A DNA stretch of 64,000 bases from Azolla caroliniana (taxonomy: Eukaryota > Plantae > Polypodiophyta). Location of the stretch: NCBI GenBank assembly GCA_043228905.1, contig JBHGNT010000002.1:17236001-17300000 (forward strand). The letters are read 5' to 3'. Positions 33,071 through 45,094 of this stretch are shown piece by piece. Every line of letters begins with the position of its first letter. The stretch's first letter is position 1. The notes below the pieces were generated by a model that was not told where the DNA came from, did not search any database, and saw only the letters and a program-made list of their open reading frames with translations. The translations under genes and the position numbers were made by a program.

Positions 33071-36000
33071 AATGGCAGACCCGCTCGGTGTAGAACGACA
33101 CATACGGGATGTCGCGCAAGAGTTATGTGTGATAGAACAAGAAATCAATATATGGACGACGCAACTCGCCAAAGGGAGACAACCGGAAATCATCACCCGA
33201 GATATTGAAGCCGCTTTGGCAGAAAGGAAAGACAGGTTTGCGCGAGTGCAATAAAAACTTCACCTCCTAGAAGCATTGTTACATACGCACCGTCGAGGCC
33301 GTGAGCTCAACCCCGCACTGCATTCGAGCACAATGGGCGACAACCCAAACGAAGCATACACGCAACGACACCCGACACCGCCATGTATGGACACGACCCC
33401 TACACCCGAGCAAACTACCTCAACACCCCCGAACACCGAACTCGCACTAGCATTACAATCCATCCAAACCCTCATGGCATTGATGGGAAAAGAGCAAGCG
33501 CCCACAGACAATGCGAGAAACCCCACAAACGACAGCGGGAAAAGTGCTTCCATTTCTAAACTAGTACCCCGTTTTCTCGGTTTTGGTGATGCCTATGATC
33601 ACGTAGAAAGGTTCAAGCAGATATGTCGAGCTTATGAGCCAAAGTAGCGGCGTTCGAACTTACACTCGATGAACAAGCCGGAATTTGGTTTAGGACCTTG
33701 AATGAGGACATTGTCATGGACTTTGAGTATGTCATCGAAGATTTCCTAATAAACTTCGCTCGTCGAGGGAATAAATGGAACCCGATTGACCAACTTTTCG
33801 CCCTCAAGCAAGAAGCAAATGAGATAGTTAGGGACTACATACACTGCACGAAAAGCCTGCACCATCATTGTAGCCTGAGCGACAAGATGTCGGATGAAAA
33901 ATTGATGAGCCGCTTCATCAATGGGTTGTTTGATCCGACGCTACAAAATTTCCTGATTGCCAGGATGTGTTGGTCGTTAGCTGAAGCTTGCACGGTAGTG
34001 ATGACTTTCAAGGATTCAATGAGCGGGTTATGGATACCCACTCAAGCGCCTACGAACAACCGTGAGAAGCCCTCGGACCCCACCCCACCCATGCCACCGA
34101 GACCACCGCGTATAGAAAGACCCCACGCATACCCCCAAAGAGAAAATGTAAGATGTACAATATGCCATGGCCATCACACGGGGCATGAGTGCCCCCTCCT
34201 CCACCAACGACGGCCGCAATATTGTAAGTGGTGCAAAGATTTCGTGATGCATTCTCAAGAGAACTGTTGGCAAACCCCAAATAGAAGGTATAGCCAAACA
34301 CCAATGGTAGAGCACTCACGCTCACCTCCACCGTTTAGCCGCCCACAACTACCTGCAATACTTCCCCAACAACCCCCACTACCGTGTATCGGCACTCGCC
34401 TCGCCGAACTAGAATATACAACCGATAACCAAACTCAGGTTGGGGGGGCCACCCCCCGAATATGAAGCATACCAGGAGTATGGTGTTGAAGAAGAGGTGT
34501 TTTCCCACTTTGTCGACTTCGAAGGCGACCAAATACCAGTCTACTTCTTGAGAGGAGAACAACAGGGGCTGCCGATGGGATATCGCAACAATAGTGGTCT
34601 AAGGGGGTCAGAAGTGAAATGTTTTTATTGCCAAGCCCCACACATGGTTAGGGAGTGCCCAACCAAACATGAATACTACAACTGGATGGCACAATGACCA
34701 CGTTACCCCTCACTCGAAACACCCCCACAACCACCGGTACAAAGTCTCACCCAACAGTCACAGGACCTTATCGAGTGGTTCCAAAGAGAAGCATCATGCC
34801 CAGGGTGTGGTAAAGATCAGTTAGTACCCGATTGCCCAGAAAAAAAGAAAAGGATTGGTGCAAATCTGTTATTTATCGTACCATCAACGGTTGGCGCCAA
34901 CGTCATCACACGAGCTCAAAGAGTAGCTCATAACTTAAAGTGTCACGACCAAGGCCTCCCCACGACTACGCGTAAGAGACGAAAATCCAAGAAAAATGCA
35001 TACATGCAGACCTCAAAGCAAGAACAAGAACCAGAGGGAGACATAGAAATAATACCCGTCAACCCTAACCAAGAGCTGCCGACACACCTAGCAGCATTCC
35101 CAAATCCGGTGGCTGAAAAACAAAAGGTCGAAGAGTACATCAAACTCATCCGACACGAACAGTGCGAAAGATCGCTTAGTCTCCCGAGTCTAAACTTCGA
35201 CCAGCTTGAAGAATGGGTAAATCGTCCACCCCAAGACACGGATACAACCCCCCTCGCCGTAACACCAACCGACACCCCCATCTCCCAATCTACCCCAATC
35301 AAAGAGTTCAACACAGCCCTGCTCCAACCAATATTAAATTTAAAATTACGACTCACATTACGGGAAGTACAAAGCTACACTAGCACCTTCGTGCCAAACG
35401 ACCCCCAACTACGACCTATACTCGCCAAGGAAATAGAGTTCACACTCGAAGAACTGCTCAAACTCAACATCCAACCATGGCACGTCATCCTTCGCCGCCT
35501 TAATGGAGGCCTATCAGCAGGTTATGGAGAAAAGATATGCACCCACATTCCTCATACGACCACAGTCCCTAAACAACCTGAAGGAACACCAGTGGATATA
35601 TGTGAAGCTCACTTCGGGAGTGACGATACTAGTTTCACTCTCCCCGTCTGCACCAACGGCATGACGTGTGACACGATCATTGACACCAAAGCAGGGGTAA
35701 GTATAGTCAGCTACGAATGTTGGTGTAAGTGGGGGAGCCAAAAAATGCTTCCTTCAGACATCAAACTCCGAATGGCCGATGGGTCCATCCAACCGCCAGA
35801 AGGCATGATCCCTGCGCACCATTTCACTATCCACGGGGTCAAGTTCAATCTCACCTTCGTCGTCACAAGATCATCCAATCATGTGGCTTACGAGTGTTTA
35901 CTAGGGAGACCATTCATATGTGTAAGCCTCCTTGTGATGAATTTCAGGAACGATACAATCTATATGCGTAGAAACAACAAAACCTTTCGCATCAAAGCAT

Positions 36001-36173
36001 ACACACAAAAAGTCCACGAACAAGAAGCCAGCCCTCTCGTGGATGACTGGTCAGAAACCACCGAGTTCGAGACCAACCTCCTAGCATGTCACCCCACAAA
36101 GACAGTTCAAATCTTGGCTAGGGGTCAACCATTTCCCCAAAAATCCACTAACCCTAGGGCAGGGAATGTGTGA
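33071..36173 (+). pseudogene. Degenerate gag-protease of element I
   Basis: FLGFGDAYDHVERF, LKQEANEIVRDY, FINGL, several Cys/His knuckles, IIDTKAGVS...CLLGRPF; multiple stops and frameshifts. Confidence 0.75.
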
Positions 36174-36329
36174 GAAAACCAATCCGTAGCATCTGATGCG
36201 TCAGAGATGAATTGGGTGCACGCTCTCGCCACAACTGATGCAATGTACCCCATTGGTAGAAAGTGTCGCGATGAGGATGGAGACCTGTGAGATAAAGACC
36301 TCTCTTGTACCCCAGCGGAAACCAGTAGA

Positions 36330-36658
36330 CCTATGAGATAAAGACCTCGCTGAAGGGGACATGGCTCTCAAATTTGCCCCTCAATAGCACAAAAAGAAGC
36401 TTGAATTACATGGCGAAGGCCCTTATGTGGTCTCAGAGATTACAAAAGACAGGAGCATGTCGAATACACACGCTCGAAGGACTCGACATCCCAGGATTCA
36501 TCAATGGGAGCAAGCTCAAACGTTACTACGTACCCCTCACCCTCGAAGCCCTACTCACGGCTTGGCAACAAGAAGTGGAAGCCAAACTTAAGGCATCTGA
36601 AGGCCGAATGGCCCGACTAGAAACCGACCTTCGCAATGCGCAAGCGAAATTGAAATGA
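36330..36658 (+). pseudogene. Integrase C-terminal (GPY) remnant of element I
   Basis: ...WRRPYVV-like segment and GACRIHTLEGLDIPGFINGSKLKRYY, followed by a coiled-coil-like tail. Confidence 0.65.
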
Positions 36659-37453
36659 CAAGGGGACACCCACCTGACAGCCATGGCTAAGGTGGTCGAC
36701 TCTAATGACGAGAAAACGCAACTACCATGTTTCGTCGATGACGTACCTGTAGGGAACCGCACGCTCCCTATACGCAACGCTCGGCCACAACCGAGCTTAG
36801 AATCATACACAGAAAACGGGAAATAAAACACGACACGAAGAAGAGATGAGTACACAGGATGTTTACGTGGAAAACCCAAAGAGGGATAAACCACGGCAGC
36901 CCACAGGCTGCAAACTATCACTATGTTAGAATGTACAGCAATGAGTTCACGGAGGCAACGACCTCATGCTCACGATCTTCGCCACAGGCGGCGGTTACAA
37001 TAGAGGCAACGACCTCTTTCTCTCTCTCTCTATCTCTGTACACAGTTACACTCTCTCTCTTTTCTTGCACCAACAAGAAAATGACAACAACAACAACCTA
37101 CTAAAAGTTTGCCCTAAGTCATATTTATACTAATATGACTTTTCGGCTATTTACAAATATAGCCTCGATGGACTCTCAGAAACATATTTACGAATATGTC
37201 TCTTCATCCGGTGAGCATTCCCCACCGGGTCTGCACCATCCGGCTCTCCGTAGCCGGGTACTCCTCATCCGGTTCTCACCGGGTCTGCACCATCCGGCTC
37301 TCCGTAGCCGGGTACTCCTCATCCGCTTCTCACCGGGTCTGTACTATCCGGCTCTCCGTAGTTGGGTACTCCTCATCCGGTCTTCACTGGGTCTGCACCA
37401 TCCGGTTCTCATCGGGTCTGCACCATCCGGCTCTCCGTAGCCGGGTACTCCTC

Positions 37454-40400
37454 TGTCGAATACAAGTGTATAATGGACGTATTCACACTATCCCTTTGGG
37501 CCATTTGTGTAATTAGCATAAAGGGTAGTTGCCCTAAGTCGGTCACTATATATAGTGACCTTGTAACCTTTTTGTAAGGTTGGGTGTTGTATTATTTCTT
37601 TCTATTGAATAGAAAGTCTTTTGTGCCTCCGTCTCTCTCTCTCTCTCTCTCTATCTCTGTGCAAGATCTATGATTCTGTCATACGCAGGTACTCAACCCT
37701 AATCGAATGCTATTAGATCTTCCGCATCGCTACGGCCTTGTCTCCAACATCTGGTATCAGAGCCTGCACAGCATTCGGTCCTTCAATCCGCTGTCGGCCG
37801 TCATCTCAGCCTGCACAGCATTCGGTTTCCTGCGTCATTCGAAGAAGAGAGAAGAAGAAGAAAAACGAGGCTTGCATCTCATCGCGTTAGATCATTTTCG
37901 CTTGGAGTAAGCCAGCCGGTTGTACTCTGTTCCTTGTGATCGTAACCGCTCGAGGTAAAATCCCCTTGTGCAACATTGACACGATCGTGCTCCACTCGGT
38001 TAAACGGCATCCGAAGAGGTCAATAAACACTGCTCGCCGCTCATTGTAACCACTCGGTGCAGATCGGTCTCAAGACAACAACCCCAATTCGTGCTTCATC
38101 CGGCTGATCGACATTCGAGAGGATCAGTTGGATCCGTCTCTCTCGTCGCTGCAGTCACCCGAAGCAGAATCGGTCCAGACAATCGGTTTCAATAATCGGT
38201 ATTCGGCATATATATCCGAAGCGAACCGGGCTCACTCCGACTCGGCAACATTCGGGAAGACCAGTCGGTTCTGTCCCTCAAGTTACCTGAGTCAATTCGA
38301 GCAAGTTCAACAATACATATATCCGAAGCCGAACCTACTCGGGTTCAAATCCGACTAGAACGATATCGGGTGAGCCAACCGGCTGCACTCCAACAAGGTT
38401 CGTAGTCAACTCCGAACCGAGCTTCGTCAACCGAAACCAAAATTGATGGCATCAACATCCGGCTCGTCAGAAATGAGTCTACGAAAGTTCGATGGATCGA
38501 ACTTTAACTTCTGGAAGGAGCAAATGCAGGACTATCTCATAGTCAAGGGGCAAATCGATCCCATCGAAAATGAAGAACCTCCAGAAGGATACAAACCAAT
38601 AGAGTGGCAGAAGCTGGACAGAATCGTCCGCGCCACGATTCGGATGCACCTATCGGAATCGGTATATTTTACGGTGCAATCGTGTACGACAGCATTCGAA
38701 CTGTGGAAAACACTGTCGGACACTTACGAAAAGAAGGTCGCCGCAACGAAGATGTTTCTGATCCGGCGCCTCTACAACTTGCGGATGAAAGAATCCGATT
38801 CGGTTCAAGCACATCTCAATGAGTACGAAAGCATAAGCTCCCAAATCTCATCTCAGGGGACGGCAATCGAGGATGAACTCAGAGCAATGATACTCATGAG
38901 TAGCCTTCCCTCATCATGGGAAACTTTCGTCACAACCGTGTGCAACGCGTCAACCACGGCTGTTAAATACTCCGAAGTCACGAGCGCAATCCTGACCGAA
39001 GCAGCTCGGAGAAAGTCTTTCACCAAAGACTCAACAGACGACGCTTATGTAGTACAAGGTTCGACAGACCGATCGAACATACGAGGAAGAGATTCCTCAC
39101 GACCGCCGAACAATCAGCGAAGACGGAGCCAGTCATGGGATAACCGAATCTGCAACTATTGCAAGAAACCCGGACACATCAAAGCCGACTGCCGCGCACT
39201 CAAGAACAAGAACAGCAAGAAGAGTGGCCGGCATGAGGAGATCAATTACGTCAGCTTCTCAGCTGATGTGCTACCAAACGACCCGAATATACTGTCAATC
39301 GAAAATCCAGTCGGATCAGAAGTTCTGCTCACGACTGAAGAATCGAGCACATGGCTCTTGGATTCGGGCGCATCATTTCACGTGACTCCTCATAGATCCC
39401 AATTTCGGCAATATACGATCCGTCACTCCGACTCAGTTCGAGTCGGCAACTCACAACACTGTGACATCATCGGAATCGGCACAGTAGAGCTCAACCTTGC
39501 AGGTGGCTCTACACTTGTACTTCACAATGTCCGACATGTACCCGAGCTCTCGAGGCCATTGATCTCAGTCGGACAACTAGATGAAGACGGCATTCGTGCC
39601 GGTTTCTCTTCGGGAGGGTGGACACTCCACAGGGGGAACCTCCTGCTTGCTAGAGGACCCAAGATACACTCACTGTATCTGTTACATGTTACGCTCAGAG
39701 AGGGTAACCTGTTTTTGGTGGATATTCCTGTGTCATCACTATGGCACCGAAGATTAGGACACCTCAGCAAGGCCGGCATTACGCATCTATCTAGAGACGG
39801 GTACATCCCCAAACTCTCCTTCTCCGACCATCAATTCTGCGAGCATTGCCAGTATGGCAAACAAGCAGCCGCATCACACCCGACATCAGCACCAAGAGAA
39901 ACGAGACCTCTCGATTTAGTCCACTCGGACGTCTGTGGCCCAATGCCGCATCAGTCTCTTGGCGGTGCCTCTTACTTCGTCAGTTTTATTTACGATTCGA
40001 CTCGAAAGGTGTGGGCTTATCCAATTCGCACCAAAGATCGTGTCTTCTCGATCTTCTCCGATTGGCTCGCTATGGTAGAAAATCAAACCGACCGAAAACT
40101 GAAATGCTTTCGGACCGATAATGGGGGAGAGTTCAAATCCGAAGAATTCGTCAAATTCTGCCGACAACGCGGCATCCGACGTGAATTTACGGCACCACAC
40201 AGTCCGGAGCAAAACGGGATTGCAGAACGAATGAATCGGACAATCCAAGAACGGATAGTTTCCATGCTCCAACACTCCGGACTGTCGGATGGCTTCTGGG
40301 CAGAGGCTCTACTCACGGCAGTACACATAATCAATATGTCGCCAAGTAGACCTCTAGGACTTCAAATTCCTCAGGAACTATGGATCGGCAGTAAGCCGAA

Positions 40401-42945
40401 TTACGACAAGCTGAGGATCTTCGGATGCGAGGCGTACGCCCTTATTCCGAAAGATGATCGCCGAAAACTTGCACCTCGGTCCAGGAAATGCATTTTCCTT
40501 GGATATGGATCTGACGGCGAAATGGGATACCGACTCTGGGACCCCGAACGCAGACAAATCGTTCGAAGTTCGGACGTTGTGTTCAACGAGTCGGCTATGA
40601 ATCCATCAGTCGAAAAACCGATCGAAGTCCGAAGGGTAACATTTTCCGATGTGCCGACCCTTCAAGAAGGCCCCGCTCTTAACACACGGTCAGCTTCACG
40701 GGTAGCTGAACCTTACACTCCCGACTCGGACAACTCCGACTCGGCACAGCCGAATGATTCGCTTTCGGACCATCCGACCTCGATACCCGATGCGACCAGT
40801 CCAATCATACCTCGACGATCCGAGAGACTGTCGCAACCTCCGGAGAGGTATTCTCCTGGAATTTTCTTCACCGACGCCGGCGAACCGACGTCTTATGAAG
40901 AAGCATCGACATCTGTCGATTCAGCCACCTGGCATCTGGCGATGGAGTCGGAAATGCACTCCATTCGGGCAAACAAGACTTGGGATCTGGTCGAATTACC
41001 TAGGAACCGACGTGCTTTTCCTTGCAAGTGGGTTTATCGACTAAAAGAGACGTCTGATTCGACCACCCCAAAGTACAAGGCCAGATTAGTTGCGAAGGGC
41101 TTCCGACAAGAATATGGCGTCGACTTCGACGAGATTTTTTCACCAGTGGTGAAAATGACAACCCTTCGTTTCCTACTCGGCGTAGTGGCAGCCGACAACT
41201 TGGAGCTGATTCAGCTAGATGTCAAAACAGCCTTCCTCCATGGTGATCTTGAAGAGGAAATTTATATGGAGCAGCCAAAAGGCTTCGTGGCAACTGGCCA
41301 AGAACATCTAGTCTGCCGACTCAGGAAGAGTCTATACGGCCTCAAACAGGCACCGCGACAATGGTACAAGAAGTTCGACGACTTCATCCAATCGATCGGC
41401 TTCTCAAAAAGCGATGAGGACCATTGTCTTTTCACCAACACAGCTCAAGATGGATCACCCATCTTCCTCATCATTTATGTGGACGACATGCTAATTTCTG
41501 GACGCCACGCGGGCGAACTTGCCGATCTCATTCGGCAACTGCGGTTGAAGTTTGCCATGAAGGACCTCGGTCCGGCACGACACATACTCGGCATGAAGAT
41601 TAGTCGGCATCGCGATAAACGACATCTTTTTTTGTCTCAGACCGACTATATCGGACGTGTCTTGGAACGCTTCAACATGCAATCAGCCAAATCTGCTTCA
41701 ACCCCGCTCCCCATGAATCTTCGGCTCTCTCAGCGAGACTGCCCGACATCCGGTTCGGAGGGGGAAGATATGAAGTCGGTACCGTATGCACCGGCAGTCG
41801 GCTCCCTTATGTACCTGATGGTCGCGACACGGCCTGATATTTCTCATGCCGTAGGAGTCGTTAGCAGATTTATGCACAATCCTGGCCGATCGCATTGGAA
41901 CGCAGTCAAGCATGTGTTCAGATATCTGGCTGGCACAAAAGACCACGGCATTCTTTTCGGTCCGAACCGAACCTCAGGCGTAGTCGGTTACACCGACTCG
42001 GACTTCGCCGGCTGTATAGACAGTCGGAAATCAACAACCGGATACTGCTTCAAATTCGGCAATGGAGCAATCTCGTGGAAGTCGAAACTTCAGGAGTGCA
42101 CAGCGACCTCAACGACCGAAGCAGAATATGTAGCTGCGTCCGACGCAGCAAAAGAAGCTTTGTGGCTCGGTCGGCTGGCGCACACGTTTCGAGAAGTCGA
42201 CCATGACTCGGCTCCAGTTATCTATAGCGACAGTCAAGGTGCTGTTGCCTTGTCAAAAAATCCGGTTCACCACAACGCCTCCAAACATATCGACATTCGA
42301 TATCACTTCGTTCGGGACTGCGTCATTTCAGGGAAAATCGGTCTAGAGAAAATATCCACAACCGACAATGTCGCAGATGGAATGACCAAGTGTCTTTCGG
42401 CAGACCGCTTTCGGTCTCTTCGGCATCAGATGGGCGTAACGACAAACCAGTCCGGTTAGAGCCGGACACAGCGCAGGATGGTTTCCGACAACCGACATCA
42501 GTTCCTTAATGATCGGCTTCGACACTTCCGACCCGACCAGTTCGGTCTTCTGCCTTCGGACCCTGCCGACTCGAACAAACTGATATGTCCGAGAACCTAA
42601 GTTTATACCTGCAATCTTAGATAACCCATGTATACGCCCATTACGGGGGAGTGTCGAATACAAGTGTATAATGGACGTATTCGCACTATCCCTTTGGGCC
42701 ATTTGTGTAATTAGCATAAAGGGTAGTTGCCCTAAGTCGGTCACTATATATAGTGACCTTGTAACCTTTTTGTAAGGTTGGGTGTTGTATTATTTCTTTC
42801 TATTGAATAGAAAGTCTTTTGTGCCTCCGTCTCTCTCTCTCTCTCTCTATCTCTGTGCAAGATCTATGATTCTGTCATACGCAGGTACTCAACCCTAATC
42901 GAATGCTATTAGATCTTCCGCATCGACATGGCCTTGTCTCCAACA
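37454..42945 (+). mobile_element. Element J: intact Ty1/copia, sister of G
   Basis: LTRs 37454-37749 and 42652-42945; TSD TCCTC; PBS TGGTATCAGAGCC 37752-37764; PPT ACGGGGGAG. Confidence 0.97.
38446..42459 (+). CDS. Copia polyprotein Gag-PR-INT-RT-RH (1337 aa from ATG)
   Basis: Same motifs as G and nearly identical protein, with a 6-aa indel after the zinc knuckle; no stops. Confidence 0.95.
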   Translation: MASTSGSSEMSLRKFDGSNFNFWKEQMQDYLIVKGQIDPIENEEPPEGYKPIEWQKLDRIVRATIRMHLSESVYFTVQSCTTAFELWKTLSDTYEKKVAATKMFLIRRLYNLRMKESDSVQAHLNEYESISSQISSQGTAIEDELRAMILMSSLPSSWETFVTTVCNASTTAVKYSEVTSAILTEAARRKSFTKDSTDDAYVVQGSTDRSNIRGRDSSRPPNNQRRRSQSWDNRICNYCKKPGHIKADCRALKNKNSKKSGRHEEINYVSFSADVLPNDPNILSIENPVGSEVLLTTEESSTWLLDSGASFHVTPHRSQFRQYTIRHSDSVRVGNSQHCDIIGIGTVELNLAGGSTLVLHNVRHVPELSRPLISVGQLDEDGIRAGFSSGGWTLHRGNLLLARGPKIHSLYLLHVTLREGNLFLVDIPVSSLWHRRLGHLSKAGITHLSRDGYIPKLSFSDHQFCEHCQYGKQAAASHPTSAPRETRPLDLVHSDVCGPMPHQSLGGASYFVSFIYDSTRKVWAYPIRTKDRVFSIFSDWLAMVENQTDRKLKCFRTDNGGEFKSEEFVKFCRQRGIRREFTAPHSPEQNGIAERMNRTIQERIVSMLQHSGLSDGFWAEALLTAVHIINMSPSRPLGLQIPQELWIGSKPNYDKLRIFGCEAYALIPKDDRRKLAPRSRKCIFLGYGSDGEMGYRLWDPERRQIVRSSDVVFNESAMNPSVEKPIEVRRVTFSDVPTLQEGPALNTRSASRVAEPYTPDSDNSDSAQPNDSLSDHPTSIPDATSPIIPRRSERLSQPPERYSPGIFFTDAGEPTSYEEASTSVDSATWHLAMESEMHSIRANKTWDLVELPRNRRAFPCKWVYRLKETSDSTTPKYKARLVAKGFRQEYGVDFDEIFSPVVKMTTLRFLLGVVAADNLELIQLDVKTAFLHGDLEEEIYMEQPKGFVATGQEHLVCRLRKSLYGLKQAPRQWYKKFDDFIQSIGFSKSDEDHCLFTNTAQDGSPIFLIIYVDDMLISGRHAGELADLIRQLRLKFAMKDLGPARHILGMKISRHRDKRHLFLSQTDYIGRVLERFNMQSAKSASTPLPMNLRLSQRDCPTSGSEGEDMKSVPYAPAVGSLMYLMVATRPDISHAVGVVSRFMHNPGRSHWNAVKHVFRYLAGTKDHGILFGPNRTSGVVGYTDSDFAGCIDSRKSTTGYCFKFGNGAISWKSKLQECTATSTTEAEYVAASDAAKEALWLGRLAHTFREVDHDSAPVIYSDSQGAVALSKNPVHHNASKHIDIRYHFVRDCVISGKIGLEKISTTDNVADGMTKCLSADRFRSLRHQMGVTTNQSG

Positions 42946-45094
42946 TCCTCATCCGGTTTCGGCCTCGGCCTATTGGCCTCGGCCGAGTTTGTTCATCGGC
43001 ACTGTTCTTCTCCCTTCCCATCCAGAGGAACCTGTCTCCCAACAAACTCCCCCTTCACTCCGGCATGGGGTGTCTTACCAGTCTGATCCTCTTCCGGCAT
43101 GCATCGAGCTTGACGGGTATCAGTACTTTGGTCAGCATATCTAACCCGTTCTTGGTTGTGTGGATCTTCGTCAGCGCGAACTCCTGGTCATCTACTCTTT
43201 CCCGGATCCAGTGATACCTTCACTGGATATGCTTCGTCCGGGAATGGTAGGCCGCATTCTTAGCAAGGTGGATGGCACTTTGACTGTCGCAATAGAGTCA
43301 GTATTCATCTTGCCAGATACCGAGCTCTCTGATGAAGTCCTTCATCCATAATATTTCCTTGCCGGCTTCCACAGCCGCCATGTACTCCGCCTCCGTGGTT
43401 GACAATGCAACCGTCTTTTGCAGCCTTGACTGCCACGAAACAGCTCCCCCTGCATGCGTCCACGAAACAGTTTGTTCATCGGCACTGTTCTTCTCCCTTC
43501 CCATCCGAAGGGACCTGTCTCCCAACAGTACCTTTAACGGTGGTAATCGACACTGGAGCATCACTAACACTTTTCTCCTTCGAGACATGGGGACGTCTCG
43601 GTTGCCCAGACCTCGAAGTATGCAATGACACCTTCCGTGGCTTCAATGGTTCCACATCATGTTGCCTCAGAACCTTCGTGTGTAACATCAAGACGAAATA
43701 CAACGACCACTCAATCCGAGTTCGGGTACTCCCACCGGAAGTGATGTACACCTAGTGCCTCCTTAGTTTGGATTGGTGTCACATAAGCGAATGCCTCCTG
43801 TCGCCAAGCAAGAACATCATCTCCTTCCAAACGGCAAATGGGGTGAGGTCCGAGAAACTCGTTGCAACAACACTCGAATCACGTCTCACTGATCTCGACG
43901 AACTCCGAAGCATGAAACCGCCCAACCAAAAAGAACGTGCACAACCACCGGCCATCCACGACCAGAGCAATGCTAACATCAGAACAAGAACACCCACACC
44001 ACGCAAATGGGTGAACATCCACGCGATTTTCGCTGAAGGACCATGCCGCGGAGAACGTGCTATTTGGCGAGTCAGAAAAGCACTCACAAACGCCCAAGGT
44101 TGGCACAAAGGCGCCACTAGCTTTTGGGTCCCAAAACAAAGCCGGCTTCCCAGCCGCGAGCATACCATGACTACATGGGACACCCGACAACTGGGCACAT
44201 CGGTCGAATACCCCACCCAGGTTAAGGCCATAGAACTCAACCAGACTAAACATCTAGGAGGTCGAATGCTCCATAAAAGTTCTTCACAGGCCCTCCCCAT
44301 CCCGTTGAAAAAGACGTCATTGGTCTAGGTCCTTAAAAGTATACAAACCCCTCACACCCACCCCCTAAAGTCCTCCCAAAAACTCCTAAATTTCCCAAAC
44401 TGTCACAAAACACCCGGTGGACCCCCATCCAACTCTACCGTCCGCATATAAACCCTAGCCAACCCCACACCCTTTTAACCTCACCCCCTACCTTATGCCA
44501 TTCCGATCATCACCTACTCGACCCATCTTTTCCCATGACCTTTGTTACCACACCCGATAGACAATAATCCCCACCCGCAATTTGCATTCTTTTGATATGT
44601 TCTTTTACGTGTTATGTTGCATGGTAGTCTCAAGTTCTCTTTTTCTTTTGTTTTTGTTTTTGTTGTTTGTTTTCTTGTTCATGTACTGTTTGTTTTCTCT
44701 TCCCCGTCTCTCTTTTCCTCTCATGCCCCTTTCTGTTTTCTTCATCACTCTTCCCCTCCCCTCTGTGCTTGCGCTCCTGCCCCTATGTGTTGCACGCTCC
44801 CTACCTCCGTTTTGCGTCCATTCAGCCCCCGCCTCGCCTTCCACACGTCCCTTCTAGCCACTACCTCCCCCTCATGTAGACCTAACACTCTCTTCTTTGT
44901 TTTTGATTGATTTGTTTGATTGTTTTTGCTCCCTCCCCCTGTGCTCTTGGCCCTCGACAACGCCATACCCTTCATCTCCTCCTATGGCGGCCACAACAGC
45001 CGCCACACTGTTTCCCCCCATTGTATTGTCGTTTGCGGTCGTATCCAGCCGCTTCGCGAGTGTCCTGATCACTTCCCCCCCACGGTACTACCCC

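Larger units (their letters stand above)
36748..43527 (-). mobile_element. Element D2: internally deleted Tork-like Copia (3' LTR 36748-43044 hosting J, RH fragment ~43060-43460, 58-bp 5' LTR stub 43470-43527)
   Basis: TSD GTACC at 36743-36747 and 43528-43532; PPT GAGTGAAGGGGGAG; GAVSWQSRLQKTVALSTTEAEY. Confidence 0.88.
36683..44328 (+). pseudogene. Extra ORF of element I: second aspartic protease domain plus unknown C-terminus (coding pieces 36683-36747 and 43533-44328, split by D2)
   Basis: The rejoined frame reads MAKVVDSNDEKTQLPCFVDDVPLTVVIDTGASLTLFSFETWGRLGCP...FRGFNG...*CLLSLDWC...AQGWHKGATSFWVPK. Confidence 0.75.

Noticed and set aside
38128-38358. 76-aa uORF shared by G and J leaders
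   Set aside because: TTG start, no recognisable motif, and sharing is explained by the near identity of the two copies.
44582-44910. Hydrophobic env-like ORFs in the 3' region of I
   Set aside because: Phe/Leu richness comes from T/C-rich low-complexity DNA; short, with no env features.
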